From Carcharhinus longimanus (lineage: Eukaryota), in NCBI GenBank assembly GCA_030264375.1, contig JASCQW010000061.1:72808412-72872411 (forward strand): DNA of 64,000 nt, in the 5' to 3' direction. The position numbers and the translations under genes are program-made. A model generated the notes under the pieces. That model saw nothing but the letters and a program-made list of their open reading frames with translations. It was not told where the DNA came from and did no database searches. Shown piece by piece: positions 11,889 through 25,480 of this stretch. How positions within the stretch are numbered: position 1 is the first letter of the stretch; each line of letters opens with the position of its first letter.

Positions 11889-12847
11889 AACCTTCGCCAA
11901 CCAAATGCACTCTTCAAATTCTGGCCTCTAATGAATCTCCAATTTCGATTGCTCCCACCATTGACACCCTTGTCTGAATCTGTCTAGTATGCTGTGAATT
12001 CTGCGTTATCTCCGTAAACCTCTCTGCCTTTCTACCTTTCCAAAGACACTCCTTAAATCTCATGGACCAATCTTTTCCTTACCTGTCTAAGCATCTCCTT
12101 ACATGACTCAATCACATTTTGCTGTTGTGTTCCTGCAGAGTGCATTGAGACTTCTTCCAGTGCACTCAGTACCCAAGTGAGGGACTTGGCACTGGGAAGG
12201 GTGGGGACTGCTGATTGCCATTCTTTTCTCCTATAGCCTACAGTCTTCTATATTTCCTTATCCCACCACCCCATCCCACCCCTGTGAAAACCCTGTGGCC
12301 TGGATTGCTCCATGACCCTGGGCCTCCAGTGGGTGCCCCTCCTGCAGCAGTGCTGCTGAGTTTGCGAGACAGCAGCCATCGATAGGTGGCACTTCTGCTA
12401 CCAAGTATCTGGGTTTCTGTCCACCTCTCCCTTAGCCAGCAGACTAAACCACCATTGTTACCACAGGATTTATCCAATAGACCTGTTCAGAGGAATCTGC
12501 AGGAAGGGCAGGAGCTCCCATGACTAGAATCTACTCGGTAGCAGGAGTTGCCAGAAGGTGCTTGATCCCAGGGATCAGCAGCCTCCTATAGGGTTCCGCT
12601 CCAATGCCTTTGACTCTCTTGAGCCAGATTCACAAGACAGCACGTACTATTTCACCTCATCTCACCTTGAGTTCATTCAATATGCATGTTCAAGATGATG
12701 ACAGAGCATGGCGATTTCTTGCAAGCTTTGCCCAGCATACCCTATAAATTTAATATTTTACTCTTATCCTAGGCTTCAGAAATTCTATTCTAACTCTTCA
12801 AAACTCTTTTAACAATGCACTATTACAATCTCTTACAGGTTAAGCAA

Positions 12848-13155
12848 TCATAGAATTCCACAGTACAGGTGGAGGCCATTCGGCCCATCGAGTCTGCACC
12901 GACCATAATCCCACCCAGGCCCTATGTCCATAACCCCATGCATTTACCCTAACTAGTCCCCCGACACTGAGGATCAATTTAGCATGGCCAAACCACCTAA
13001 CCCACATCTTTGGACTGGTGGGAGGAAACCAGAGCACCCGGAGGAAACCCACGCAGACATGTGCAAACACTGCACAGACAGTGACCCAAGCTGGGAATCA
13101 AACCCGGGTCCTGGCCCTGTGAGGCAGCAGTGTTAACCATTGTGCCATTGTGCTG
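12848..13155 (-). mobile_element. HE1-type V-SINE, full length
   Basis: Reverse head with A box and degenerate B box (GGTTTGATTCC), V-domain and ATTCTATGAT tail. Confidence 0.9.
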
Positions 13156-13203
13156 TCTTGCACGAATGTTCTGGAAGCATAACATCACCCTGTGGCAATC
13201 CAC

Positions 13204-13435
13204 TATTCCAGCCTTGGGTCACCGTCTGTGCGGAGTCTGCACTTTCTACCTGTGCCTGAGTGGGTTTCCTCCAGGTGCTCCGGTTTCCTCCTACAGCCCA
13301 AAAGACTCGCTGGTTAGGTGCATTGGTCATGCTAAATTCTCCCTCAGCGTACCCGAACAGGCGCTGGACTAGGGGATTTCCAAGTAACTTAATTTCAGTG
13401 TTAATGTAAGTCTACTTGTGACACTAATAAATAAA
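13204..13435 (+). mobile_element. V-SINE variant, 5'-truncated, non-CR1 tail
   Basis: V-domain followed by ...GTGTTAATGTAAGTCTACTTGTGACACTAATAAATAAA; same family as 34781-35064. Confidence 0.8.
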
Positions 13436-14804
13436 TTATGTACTTAATACATTTCTCCAGATTATGTCCAAAGAGTTTGAAATTTGGTTTGCATTTTGGC
13501 AACCTGACTATAGGCAGGAATTTCCAGCCACATTTGCCCTGAAACCGAAAAATCCCACCCGAGGTCAATGGACCTCTCCATGGTCTGCCCCTCGCCCACT
13601 ACGATTCTCATGATGGGGTGGAACGGGAAAGGTCCTCCCTGCACCTTCACGTCAGATGTTCCTTCCTAATGAATCATAAAAATGCACCAAAGGAAACAAT
13701 TCCATTTTTGTTTTTTGAATACGTCATTGCTGGCTGGTGAGAACACTCTGTTCTGAGGACGGTTTAGTGGGCAGGCTCGTAAATAACTGTCACACATATG
13801 CTGACGGTGCACAGGGATGCCAGCATTTTGACCCAGTGTTGATAATGGAACAGCAATACATATCACAGGCAAAATTGTGTGCGACTTGAAGAGGACCTTT
13901 GGGGTGATGTGTTTGTGTGACATTTAACCCATTGCTCCTTTGCCTGTTGGAGCAGAAAGCTATCCTATTTCCTTCCCTCTCCCCTATCTTTATTGATATT
14001 CTTTCTTTTTAAATACTTAATTTCCATTTTGAATTATGTTTCTGCAGTTCATTCGGACAAAGCATGCCATTTTCCAGCCTGGATATATTTATTTTAAGTA
14101 CCCTTCCGCTGATTCTCCAGTGTCTATGTCAATAAATGGAAACAACCTTTCACTGCTTGCCATCTCAAAACTTCTCATAGTTTTTAATGATCTCTTTAAC
14201 CCTTATTGTTTCAACGAAAAAAATCTTATATTTCTAATCTTCTTTACAAATATACACTTTAATTTCTGATATAACTTTGTATCCTTTGCTAGACTCTATT
14301 TTTCCTCCAATAATGGGACATCTTACAACTGCATTTAACTGTCTAGCTGTGACCAATCCAACATCTTGTATAAACTCATCCTCTGAAAACCTCCCCCCTC
14401 GTTTGCAGCTGGGATTCTCCGTTGCTGCTGAAGTGAATGGAGTTTTGGTTGGAACACTTGCAGCGGGGTGGGCGGAGACAAGATCAGAGAATCCCACCCA
14501 GTATCTCTCCCTTGTTTTTATATTCAGTATTCCAATGGAAAAGAGCCAGAAACTCATTTTCTTTTGTATATCTTTTCTACCTGCAATCCAATCTCTTAAA
14601 GATCATTATAGATGGATCTCGTTGTTAGAAAACTTAATACCTGCAGCTTTACAACTGAATAGACCAGTCTTCAAATCTATTTTTACCTTCAAATTTCTGC
14701 AGCTTCCTAATTATTTTTGAGCCTTGGAATGTTCCTTGGGTCATTATTTCCAGAATCAATACCAGGCCCACAGAAAGCTCCAGGACAGTGTCACAGAAGT
14801 TTTG

Positions 14805-15340
14805 GGGAGGCCACAGCTGGAGTTCTGTGTGCAGTTCTGGTTGCCAGATTATCGAAAGGATGTGAATGCAATGGAAGGGGTGCAGAGGAGATTCACCAGG
14901 ATGTTGCCTGGGATGCACATTTAAGTTATAAAAAGAGGTTGGATAGTTTGGGTTGTTTTTGTTGGAGCGGAGAAGACTGAGGGTGACCTAATTGAGGTGT
15001 TCAAGATTATGAGGGGCATGGACAGGGTGGATAGGGAGCAGCTGTTCCCCTCATTTGAAGGTCAGTTACGAGGGGACACAAGTTCAAAGTGAGGGGTGGG
15101 AGGTTTAGGGGGGATTTGAGGAAAAACTTTTTTATCCAGAGGGTGGTGACGGTCTGGAATGCAATGCCTGGGAGGGTGGTGGGGGTGGGATGCCTCACAT
15201 CCATAAAAAGTACCTGGATGAGTACTTGTCATGCCATAACATTCAAGGCTATAGGCCAAGTGCTGGCAAATGGGATTAGGTGGGCAGGTCAGGGACTTTC
15301 ATGCATGGGTGCAGACTCGATGGGTCTCTTCTGCACTGTT
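14805..15340 (+). mobile_element. CR1 LINE 3' end
   Basis: RPQLEFCVQFW..YRKDV..MEGVQRRFTRMLPG and KNFFIQRVVTVWNA. Confidence 0.9.
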
Positions 15341-18199
15341 AAATACTGTGATCAGTGGGAATAAACGCCCATGGCATCTGCCTCAGCATGGTGAGTAAGG
15401 GGAGCGGGATGGTTGCTCTGCTGCAATGCCACCATACCCTCTCCTTCATTTCACCCAGTCCTCAGCTTGAGCTATAATTCTTCTGAGCAGAAGGGGTTAG
15501 AAGGAAAATTAAAGACAACTGCAAAGTCTCTTCAGCTTTCTGGCAATCATCAGGTTAATCTTCACTTGGTGGGAAAGCTGCAACACTGGTCTTGTTCCTC
15601 CCAGGCACCAGCCCTGGTCCACCTGGGGTGACACAGACATTGGTGGTGAGGATGTGACACTGGCTGATTCACACAGCAGAAGGGAACCAGGGGAATAGGT
15701 GAGGATCTACCAATATCCACAAGAAACTGAGGAGGAAACTGCCCATGACTTTGCAGTTTTGGGACCAGATCTCATGGGTACTTGGCTGAAGAGAAGGATG
15801 TTCAATGAACACTAAAGGTATCAGTAGTCTGAGAACAATCTCTGAAGGTGTGTAGCAATTCATAGGTATAAGCCCAGGGGCAGCCATTTTTGCTTTGCTG
15901 TAACATCTTAAGAGTTTTGTCTTCCCCCCCCCAGGCATCAATGGAGCAACTGGCAGCTACAGCAGATCCCCAGCAGGACAAAAGCCAAGGAGAACTCAGT
16001 GCTGCATTCCTAACTGCACAGGCTAAAGCTCTGGAGACACAAGGGCACTGACTGGAGTGAGACAGAGGTTACAGCTTTCAGACTGTGGTGACCATTGTCT
16101 CTGGAGCCTTTCAGGTTCTGATAGCTCCCACTAGACAGCCATGCTGCTGAACTCCACCTTTTCTCAATGCAGGAGTACATNNNNNNNNNNNNNNNNNNNN
16201 NNNNNNNNNGGTGGAAGTTGGGAGATCAGGCTGTCTAGGACCACCTGTCAGTTATGCAGCCAGTACACTGATAAAGAATAATTTCAGTCCTGCAGTAGGG
16301 CCTGATTAGATAGAACCTTTAACATAGTACAATGTCTTAAGGCATTTTGCAGGAGTGTTTATCAAACACAAAGATACACCAAGCTACATAAGGATATGTT
16401 AGGCCAGGTGACAATGGGCTAGGCTTTGAGGATGACCCAAAGCTCGAAAGGAAGAGAGACTCATGGGTGGATCTATGCAACGGTGGGCACAGTTACCAAT
16501 GGTGGAGTGATGAAAATCAGAGATGTGGCTGAGGCCGCAACGTGGAGATCTTGGACTAAACACTTTTTCAGGAGCATCGTCACAAAATCATTTGAGGAAT
16601 GGAGCATATTACTACCATTCAGGGAAACCGGCTTGGGTAATAAATAGACCCCGCCATTTGTACAACTGGAACTGATGGTGCATCATTTTGTTTGACAAAG
16701 AATTGGCAAATCTTATATCAAACCTTGTATAATATGTTCATCTCACTTGCATTGCCTCTGAAAACCCTATGTTTCATGTACAACGTCAGCAATTGCTTCA
16801 TCAGGGCTTCTCAGTGAGAGATTTTATTGAATTTCTCTCAAGATGTCTGCCTCAGAGGCAGTATCATGGTTTAGTCACATGACTGTAAAAGACCAGACTG
16901 GTTACATGTTAAAACCCAAATACCCTGAGCCATGGTCCATTTTTCACTGATAATAGTGATTCTGCAAGCTCTCAGTGTGAAAGACTTTCCTTGTAAGTAA
17001 CACTCCATTCTCCAAGATGGAATTCTGGTAAACCGGCCAATTCTGGAGAGCTGACAACAGCAATCTAAAGAGGAGGGTAGAAATGTTTGGAGTGTAGTGC
17101 AGCATCAGTTTCTATCAGCAGACACAACGGGGGCGATTTTAAGCCTGTGTTAACTGTCAGCATAAACAGCGACATGGGTCCAAAATCTCACATGAGTCAG
17201 GAAACAAGATTCTTGCTGGCAACAGCCTGTTCCCCCGTTTCCACGCCCCTTGCCTATGATTTAATAAATGCTGGAACCAGATTTCCACAAACTTTAATAA
17301 ATTAAAACATTATAGGGCTTCCCTGCAATATGTTCACCCTCACCGAATATTCGCACCTTGCTGATGTGACATCATGCTGGCAAGGTTCACAGCAGGTTTC
17401 AAAAAACTTGAGGGGAACCTGCCAGGCTGCAAAGGTAAGTTTGGAGCCTGGGAGGAGAGGGACATTCCTGGTCAATGCCCTGGCATTGTCCCTGGCACCC
17501 TGGCACTGCGCAATCAAACCTCCAGCCTCCAAGACCTACCAGCCAGTTAAAGGCCAGGTACTCTCCATTGTTGGCAAGGTAATTGAGAATGCTGGCTTCT
17601 GCCGGTAATGTTCCAAGGCCCAGCCACAAGATGGGGTCAAGGGCATCAGCGGTAAGAACAAGGTTGTGGCTTTCAGCAGCTTTCTCCATACCCGGTTCTG
17701 GGTCCCTCAGTCAGACATTGAGTGCATGACAATGAGAGATTCCCTTTGTTTAGTCAGGAGCTGCACATTCCCATCCGACCTTTGGACTTGAGGCTGGCAG
17801 GAAAAGTACAGTGCAACACATTCCTGAGGTCTTCATGGCAAAGCAGCAGTGTCCGGGGATGGGGAGTGAAGCCCCACCATTTTTTACAGCATTAACTGAT
17901 AGAAAGGGAGAAGGTAAGAGTGTAAGGTAAATGAACAGGATCAGTGGCAAAGTAAGATGGGGCTGTGAGGTTCAGTGGTCACTGGAGGGGGTAAGGCTGG
18001 TTTGGGGGTTCAGGTAGATAGCGGGGAGAGTGTATGAAGGGGGCTAGGTGGTCAGTCAGGGAATGAGGTGGTCAATCAGGATCCAATGGGGTGCTGGGTC
18101 GTCTGTTGGTGAGGTGATAGAATGGGTCGGGGGCATTCAGGTGGGGGCAGCCGGGATTGAGAAGATAAGTGAAGGATTGGGAGGGCAGTCAGAGCCTTC

Positions 18200-18393
18200 T
18201 ACACACCAGAGAAAAAAGTCCCAGTCTATCCAGCCTCTCCTTATAACTCAAACTATCAAGTCCCGGTAGTATCCTAGTAAATCTTTTCTGCATTCTTTCT
18301 AGTTTAATAATATCCCTTCTATAATAGGGTGACCAGAACTGTACACAGTATTCCAAGTGTGGCCTTACCAATGTCTTGTACAACTTCAACAAG
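18200..18393 (-). mobile_element. CR1 ORF2 fragment
   Basis: LLKLYKTLVRPHLEYCVQFWSPYYRRDIIKLERMQKRFTR. Confidence 0.9.
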
Positions 18394-19209
18394 NNNNNNN
18401 NNNNNNNNNNNNNNNNNNNNNNNNNNNNNNNNNNNNNNNNNNNNNNNNNNNNNNNNNNNNNNNNNNNNNNNNNNNNNNNNNNNNNNNNNNNNNTTAAGGC
18501 CTCACTTTTTTTACACATAGGTTGATGCCACTCAATTATACCTCACCACCATCTCTTATGACTTTTCGCTGTTGAAACCTTCATTCATGTTTTCATTCCA
18601 ATAAACTCCTGGACAGCCTCCTACATTCCATAAACTTGAAATAATCTAAAGTTCGAATTCTGGTCTCTTGAGCGCACTCAATTTTAATTGATCCAGCTGC
18701 CAAGGTCCCTTAACATTGTTACTTCACTACCCTTCCTCCTTTAAAATATCCCTTAAAGCCTGTTTCAATAAACTTTTGGTCACTTGCCTTAATATCTCTT
18801 TATGTAGCTTGGTGTCAATTTTTGCTTTATACTGCTTCTGCAGAGCATCTTGAGACATGGCAGAGTTTAAAGGTGCCAGATAAATACCAAGCTGTTGTAG
18901 CGATGCTTAAGCTGATATAGGACTTTTTGAAACTAAGAATGAGCGTTCAGAACTTGTAATCACGAATAAAATATTTATCAATCTAATTCATGAGGCAGAA
19001 CATGTCAAGTGAAAGAATTTGCTGCCCTCGCAAGTTGTACCACAATTTATATGGAGTAGAAAATGTTACCTCAGCACAGATTCAGCGATGACTCGATATA
19101 GATAAACATTATCAGATTACACAAATGAATGTATTGCCGCAAAGGTGTTTTCAAGCTTTTTTGGAACGCTGTCATAGTCAACTGACTATATTGGATATGT
19201 TTGCCAAAA

Positions 19210-20440
19210 ATTAAACATGAACGAATGACTTAGGTGCAGCCTGAGCAGGCCACTCAGCCTCTTGAGCCTACTCTTGGCTGATCTGATTGGAATCTCAACT
19301 CCACATTCCCATCCATCCCTATAACCTTTTATCTCCATGCTTATCAAGCATCTATCTAGCCCTGCATATAGAATATTCAGGCTCTGCCTTTTGAGCAAGA
19401 GAGTCCCAAAGACACGCTACACTCTTAAGAGAAACATAGGTCCTCATTTTTGTCTTAAATGGACAACCTCTTCTTTTTAAACAGTGACTTCTCGATTTTC
19501 CCACAAGTGGGAAACATCATTTCCACATAGAATCATCATAGAATCATAGAATCCCTATAGTGCAGAAGGAAGCCAATCGGCCCATTAAGTCTACACCGGC
19601 CACAATCCCATCCAGGCCCTATTCTCATAACGTCACATATTTACCCAAGCTAATCCCCCTGATACTAGGGGTCAATTTAGCACGACCAACCCAGCTAACC
19701 GCACATCTCTGGACAGTGGGGGAATCGGAACACTTGGAAGAAACCTACGCAGACACAGGGAGAATGTGCAAAGTCCACATAGACAGCGACCTGAGGCTGG
19801 AATTGAACCTGGGTCCCTGGCACTGTGAGGCAGCAGTGCTAACCACTGTGCCATAGTGCCATTCCTAAACAATGGCACCCCATGAAATTAAGAATCTCAC
19901 ATCCAACCTGTCAAGTCCCTTCAGGATCTTAAATGTTTCAATCAAGTCACCTCTAACTCTTCAAGTCACCTCTTACTCTTCTAAACTCCAGCAGATACAA
20001 GCCGAACTGACCACCCTTTCTCATAAGACAACCCTCCAAATCCAGATATTAGGTCTAGTCGACCATCTCTGAGTTGCTTCCAATGCATTTACATTCTCCC
20101 TTAAATAAGGAGACCAATACTGTACACAGTATTCCAGATGTGATCCCACCACTGCACTGTATAATTGAAGCATAACATCTCAACTTTTGTATTAAATTCC
20201 CCTTGCAATAAACAAAAACATTCCATCAACTTTCTTTATTACTTGATGTACCTGCATATTAGCCTTTTGTAAGTCATGCACTGTTGTTTCCACATTCCTG
20301 TGCGCCTGTAGGCTCTAAAATCTCTCACAGTTTAGATAATATACTTCTTTTTAACTCTTCCTGCCAAATGGACACTATAACATTTTCCCACAAAACACTA
20401 CATTTGCCCGATCTTTGCCCATTCATTCAACCTATCTATA
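19210..20440 (-). mobile_element. CR1 LINE 3' portion with a nested HE1 SINE
   Basis: CR1 sequence breaks at about 19528 and resumes at about 19898; EYCVQYW motif near 20120. Confidence 0.8.
19528..19860 (-). mobile_element. HE1-type V-SINE
   Basis: (CATAGAAT)n tail and reverse head GGCACAGTGGTTAGCACTGCTGCCTCACAG...GGTTCAATTCC. Confidence 0.9.
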
Positions 20441-21480
20441 TTGTCATTATTATGGCAACAGAGCCTGGGGCCCTGGAAGGCCATTGCTGCCAAGGGGGCC
20501 CTTCCATGGGCCACAGAGCATTTATTAAATGGAGCGGCCATTCTACTAAGTTTCTGGCCACTGCTAGAAGGAAGACATCAGGTTCACCTCCCACTGCCTT
20601 CCTTCAGGCTGCCCCTTGCCTTCCCAGCCTGCCTCCATTGGACTGAGAACATTCAGCCCAAAGTGTCCCAGAAAATCTTACAATGTGTCACAAAAGTTAT
20701 TTTCTAACAAAGTCTAATCAGTCAATTTCCAACAGAAAGCGAAGAGTGAAAACTGAGTATGATTTTATCTCAAGTGAGAAGTCCTCAGTGGTGACTTGTT
20801 TACCTAGTCACTGTTACAAGAGGTCATTACACTGGCATATGGGCTTCATGAATGACTGCTAGCAAACAATTTTAGCATCAATCAGACCTCTTAACCATCC
20901 TTGGGACAGCAGCTGCTAGTGCGCACTTCAATTCTTTTACCAAGCTGGTTTAACAAGTTTTGCAGCTCAAGACCCCATTTTGCCATCTTGGATACTCTTC
21001 AGCACCTAAGGTATCTGGGAAAAGTTATCCCCAGAAAATCTACCCTTTGTAAAAGAGGACATGTATCAGCCTTAGTGCCCAAAATGAAATGAATTCTGAT
21101 AGTCCCAACTAGTTTGTATTGGATATAAGTCTAATCCACAAAACTATCAGCAAATTTCAACTAAATGTAACCCCAACTAAAGGGCGAGACATGAACCATG
21201 CAACAATCCATTGATCTCGGGCAGAATTTCATGGTCTTGGGGCGAGCGTGGCTGAACAGGGGTAAGTTCTGCCCATTATCCCTAAAAACGAGATACTCTG
21301 GTCGGATCTCTGCCACTGCCAGTGAGAATTTGGCGCTCAACCAAATCTTCATTCAGTGCAGCAGGACCGGAGAATCACAACTGCAGTGAGGTTGAAGAAT
21401 TCTAACCAACATGCCTGAAGACTTTGTAATGGATGAGCAGAAATTTCCTCCAACTAAATATTAAGATGAGTGAAAACACT

Positions 21481-23500
21481 GGGAGAATTTTGATGAGGTG
21501 AGCCTCTGGATTTGGGTCCCAGGAGGATGGGATCTTGGAAAAATGCAAGCACATTGGAAAGTCAGCTCCAATCTACCAATTTCTGCATTTCATTCCAGTG
21601 ATTTTGACCATACGAACATAACCTCACTTGGGCAAGACAATTTCAACCTATTAGTCACTGAGTTACAGCCATTTTAAGGTGATTTGGAGTTTAATTTTGG
21701 CTGCATGGATTTTCCAGGTTTCCTGGAACTTGCCAGTGCAAGTCAAGCTGGAAGACAGTGACAATTAAGGGAGTTGAAGATGTGACAGGATAATATGCCA
21801 ATAAGTACTGAAAACTCACAGTTGCTTTCTTACCTGGTTGTTTGAAAGTGTTTGTTCACATTACCCGTGCTGGGAGTTTATACTCTTCAGAAATTTCACA
21901 CTTTGGAGCTGTCATCCACTCTTTTGGGATTGGAAGTCTGATCTACACACTGGCATTCACTCAGTCTCTGATCTATCAGATCAGTATGGGTGCTCCTTAC
22001 ACTGCTTTACTTTGGAACTCAGAAGATGATCAAGATGACCAACAGCAACAACAGGAGCAGCACCAGCAACAGGGACTGATCACAGACATGCAGAGAGAGA
22101 GAGAGAGAGAGCATCAGATAAGAGCTTACAGTTTGCCATGCAGAGAGAGAGAGAATCAGCAGAGAGCTGCAGTTTGCCATACAGAGACAGCGAAAGAGCG
22201 GTCTGACGGAGGCCTTACAGGAGTCTACAGGTTTAGGATAAACTTCCAAAGCATGCTGGGACACCCATGGCTCATATCTCTCTGTTCCATGGTGTCAATT
22301 CATTTCTTCCTCTTCATCATCCCACAACTGAACAAGTCACTTGCTAGCCTGTAATCAAGAATGGGTAAGAAGAGGAAATAGTGAAAGAATGAAATTTATT
22401 TGTTTCACATGACAAACATAAACTTACCAATCTAACATCTTGTGACACATCTATATGCATAATCTTGTGCGAGTACAATTCATTACAGCTCCATTATTGC
22501 TGAGATACTCTTACACAGAATTGCCATGGCTCTGGAGCCTGAGAAAGCCTCAGCAAAAACTGCACTGAACCTGTGCATCAACAATCTCAGTCACTGGGAC
22601 ATGAGGCAGGATGTGGATCATTGATTTACGGGCGGCAATGAGCGTGCAGTGGAAACACTTGGAACTAAGTCCCCATTTCCATATCCCCTTTCACCAACTT
22701 CCTCTTATGACCCACCCACACTTCTCAGCGGGTAAGGATCTGGAGAACACTTTGTTGCAGATGAGTGAGGTAATGAATGCCAAAGCTGGGATATTTTGTC
22801 ATCTTATTTCAGCTGAAACCAACAGTGTGATGATTATTGGTTTATACCTGTGTGCAGTTGTGTGATTACCATGTTTGATACTCCACACAGGTAATTACTT
22901 CCTGTGTGGATGAAGACATCATTGCAATAACCTGTGATATCAAGCACTCATGCTTGAGACAAGCTCCATCAATTCTTCAGCAGCCTGCACAGTGCAACTG
23001 GGATGCCTGCCTGACAGTTCAGTGTAATTTCTCTGTGTCTGCTCCAGAAGAACTCTGTTCCTCAACAGTCTCCTGAGGCACAGCATCTGCTTCCAGATGA
23101 CCAGGGCTTGGACCATCCTGTGTCCTCCAACATGAACTCTACATGACTATCCCTGTCTCCACCATCTGTTGTTGTTCACTTATGATGTCTAACTCATTGG
23201 ATGTAAAACCAGCTAACTTCCTAACCTGTCCCCCAGAGGAACATGTGTCTGAGTTGGTGCATGGCCTGAATGAGACAAGTAACCGTGTGCCCTCAAAGGG
23301 CTGACTTCCTCTGAGGAGTTGCCATGATCAGTGATCAGCTGAACCATGACCTGCAGGATGTGTGAAAGAGAAAATGTAAGAATGAATCAAGCTAAGAAGA
23401 TTTGATGTTATCATTATGGACATGATTGTGACTCAGGTTCTGCAGTGGTGTGGATAGTGCGACCATCAGTTTATGAACCTTTGCTCCTCTGAAACTGATA
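21481..23500. mobile_element. Internally deleted Harbinger-like element (transposase 5' end on +, Myb-like gene remnant on -)
   Basis: MGAPY...Q-rich...GVYRFRINFQSM (21985-22260) resembles a Harbinger transposase N-terminus. Includes CAG/CAA and (GA)n microsatellites. Confidence 0.45.
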
Positions 23501-23589
23501 ATAACTTCTGGAGTCTGTACCTGTGCTGCTAAATGCAGCAATCGCAGAGAGTTGCTGTCAACGTTTTATGCTGCTCCAGTGGGTATTCT

Positions 23590-24620
23590 GTTGCGGTCTG
23601 CCCAGAATGCAGTCTTATTTTGCATTGTCTCTCCATATTTTTCCTTCTAAAATTAATCAGTTGACGTTTCTTCACGTTGAAATTCATCTGCCACCTGTCT
23701 GCCCACTCCATTAGCTAGTTCTGGTGAAGTTCTACACCATTGCCCTTAATGTTCACTATGCTTCCAAATTTCATACCACCCGCACATTTCGAAATTGTGT
23801 CCTGCACATCAAAGTCTAGGTCATTAATATGTATTAGGAAAAGCAGGAGTTACTGACCCCTGCAGGGAAACTCCACTGCAAACCTTTCCCCAATCTGAAA
23901 GCATCCATTAACTACTACTCATTCTTTCCTGCCACTCAGTCTGTATCCATATTGATACTGCCCCTTTTATTCCAGGAGATTTATCATGAGCCTATTATGC
24001 AGCACTGTAGCAAATGCCTTTTGGAAGTTCATACACACCACATCAACAGCAATGCTACTGTCAAAATCCCAACACTGACATTAAATTGACTAACCTGTAG
24101 TTGCGGGATAATATCTTTACACCCTTTTTTGAAGAAAGGTAAAACGTTTGCAATTCTCCAGTCCTCTGGCACCATCCCCAAGGCTGAGGAAGATTAAAAC
24201 ATTATTGCCAGTGCTTCTGCAACCTCCACTCTTCTTCCCTCAGAATCCTCAGATGTATTCCATCTGGTAGTCCAGGCACTTAATTAATTTTCAGTACATA
24301 AAGCCCGTCCAATATCTCTGACTAATCAATTTTAACTCCTCCAAGAGTCTGAATTATCTTCTCTTTCACAACAGCCTGGGTAATACCTTCTTCCTTGGTA
24401 AAGACAGATGCAATGTATTAATTTAATATCTTAGCTATGATCTCATCCTCCTTTTTGACCCCTACTCTGACCCACCTTACCATCCTTTTACTGTTTACAT
24501 GCCTATAGAAGACTTTGGGATTCCTTTTATATTGACAGCTAGTTTCATTTCATCCTCCCGTTTTGCTTCTCTGATTTGTGTTTTCATCTCCCCTCTGAAC
24601 TTTTTTTGTACTTAGCCTGA
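23590..24620 (-). mobile_element. CR1 ORF2 RT remnant
   Basis: EWADRWQMNFNVKK, and the reverse complement of the AFDxV/VYMxFQKAF region near 24010-24050. Confidence 0.8.
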
Positions 24621-24634
24621 TTTGTGAAGCAGTC

Positions 24635-25480
24635 CATTTCCACATGCAACAAGACCTAGACAATATCCAGCCTTGTGCTGATAAGTGGCAAGTAACATTT
24701 GCATCACATACATGCCACGCAAAGACAATCTCTAACAAGAGAAAATCTAACCATCTCCCCTTGACATTCAATGGCAATCTACCACTAATGGCTTCTCAGG
24801 AGGAGGCCATATGCTGTGTTTCAACATCCAGGCCAGAACCTCAAGGTTCAAGTCCTAGGGCAGGGCTTGTTGACCATGGGAGGAGCATTCACGAGGTATT
24901 CAACAGGCTGATAATGAGCTTGGGAATCAATCCTCCAATTGCCCAATATTCCTCAAAAGGGGAAAAGATTGTGTGTGAAGATGCACTAAAAAAATTTCTG
25001 GGGGTGATCATTGATCAGAATCTGAACTGGACTAACCATATAAACACTGTGGTTACAAGAGCAGGTCAGAAGCTGGGAATTCTGAACAAAATAACTCACC
25101 TCCTGTTTTCCCAAAGCCTGTCCACTATTTATAAGGCAAAAGTCAGGCGTGCGATGGAATACTCCTCACTTGCCTGGATGAACAACACTCAGGATCTCAA
25201 CATCCAGGACAAAGCAGCCCACTTGACTTACATCCCACATGTAACTTTAATCATTTCTTCTCTCCACCACCAGCGCACAATGACATTCACAAGACTGCAG
25301 GTCGCCAAGCCAACTTCAGCACACCTTTCAAAGCAACGATCTGAATTACCCAAAAGAACAAGGGCATCAGATGGATCCGGACTTGAAACTGTATTTCACT
25401 TCCTCCACTGAACCTGGAATTCCCTTACAGCACTCTGACTGTACCTACACCATATGAACTGCAGTGGTTCAAGAAAGCTT
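24635..25480 (+). mobile_element. Second CR1-group LINE family, RT C-terminus, with an internal insertion
   Basis: QQDLDNIQPCADKWQVTFA...LGVIIDQNLNWTNHI...IYKAKVRRAMEY. Same family as 39440-40125 and 51945-52430. Confidence 0.8.

Noticed and set aside
21842-22354. 170-aa ORF with polyQ and RE repeats as a host gene
   Set aside because: Microsatellites within a probable Harbinger transposase 5' remnant; no splice or homology support.
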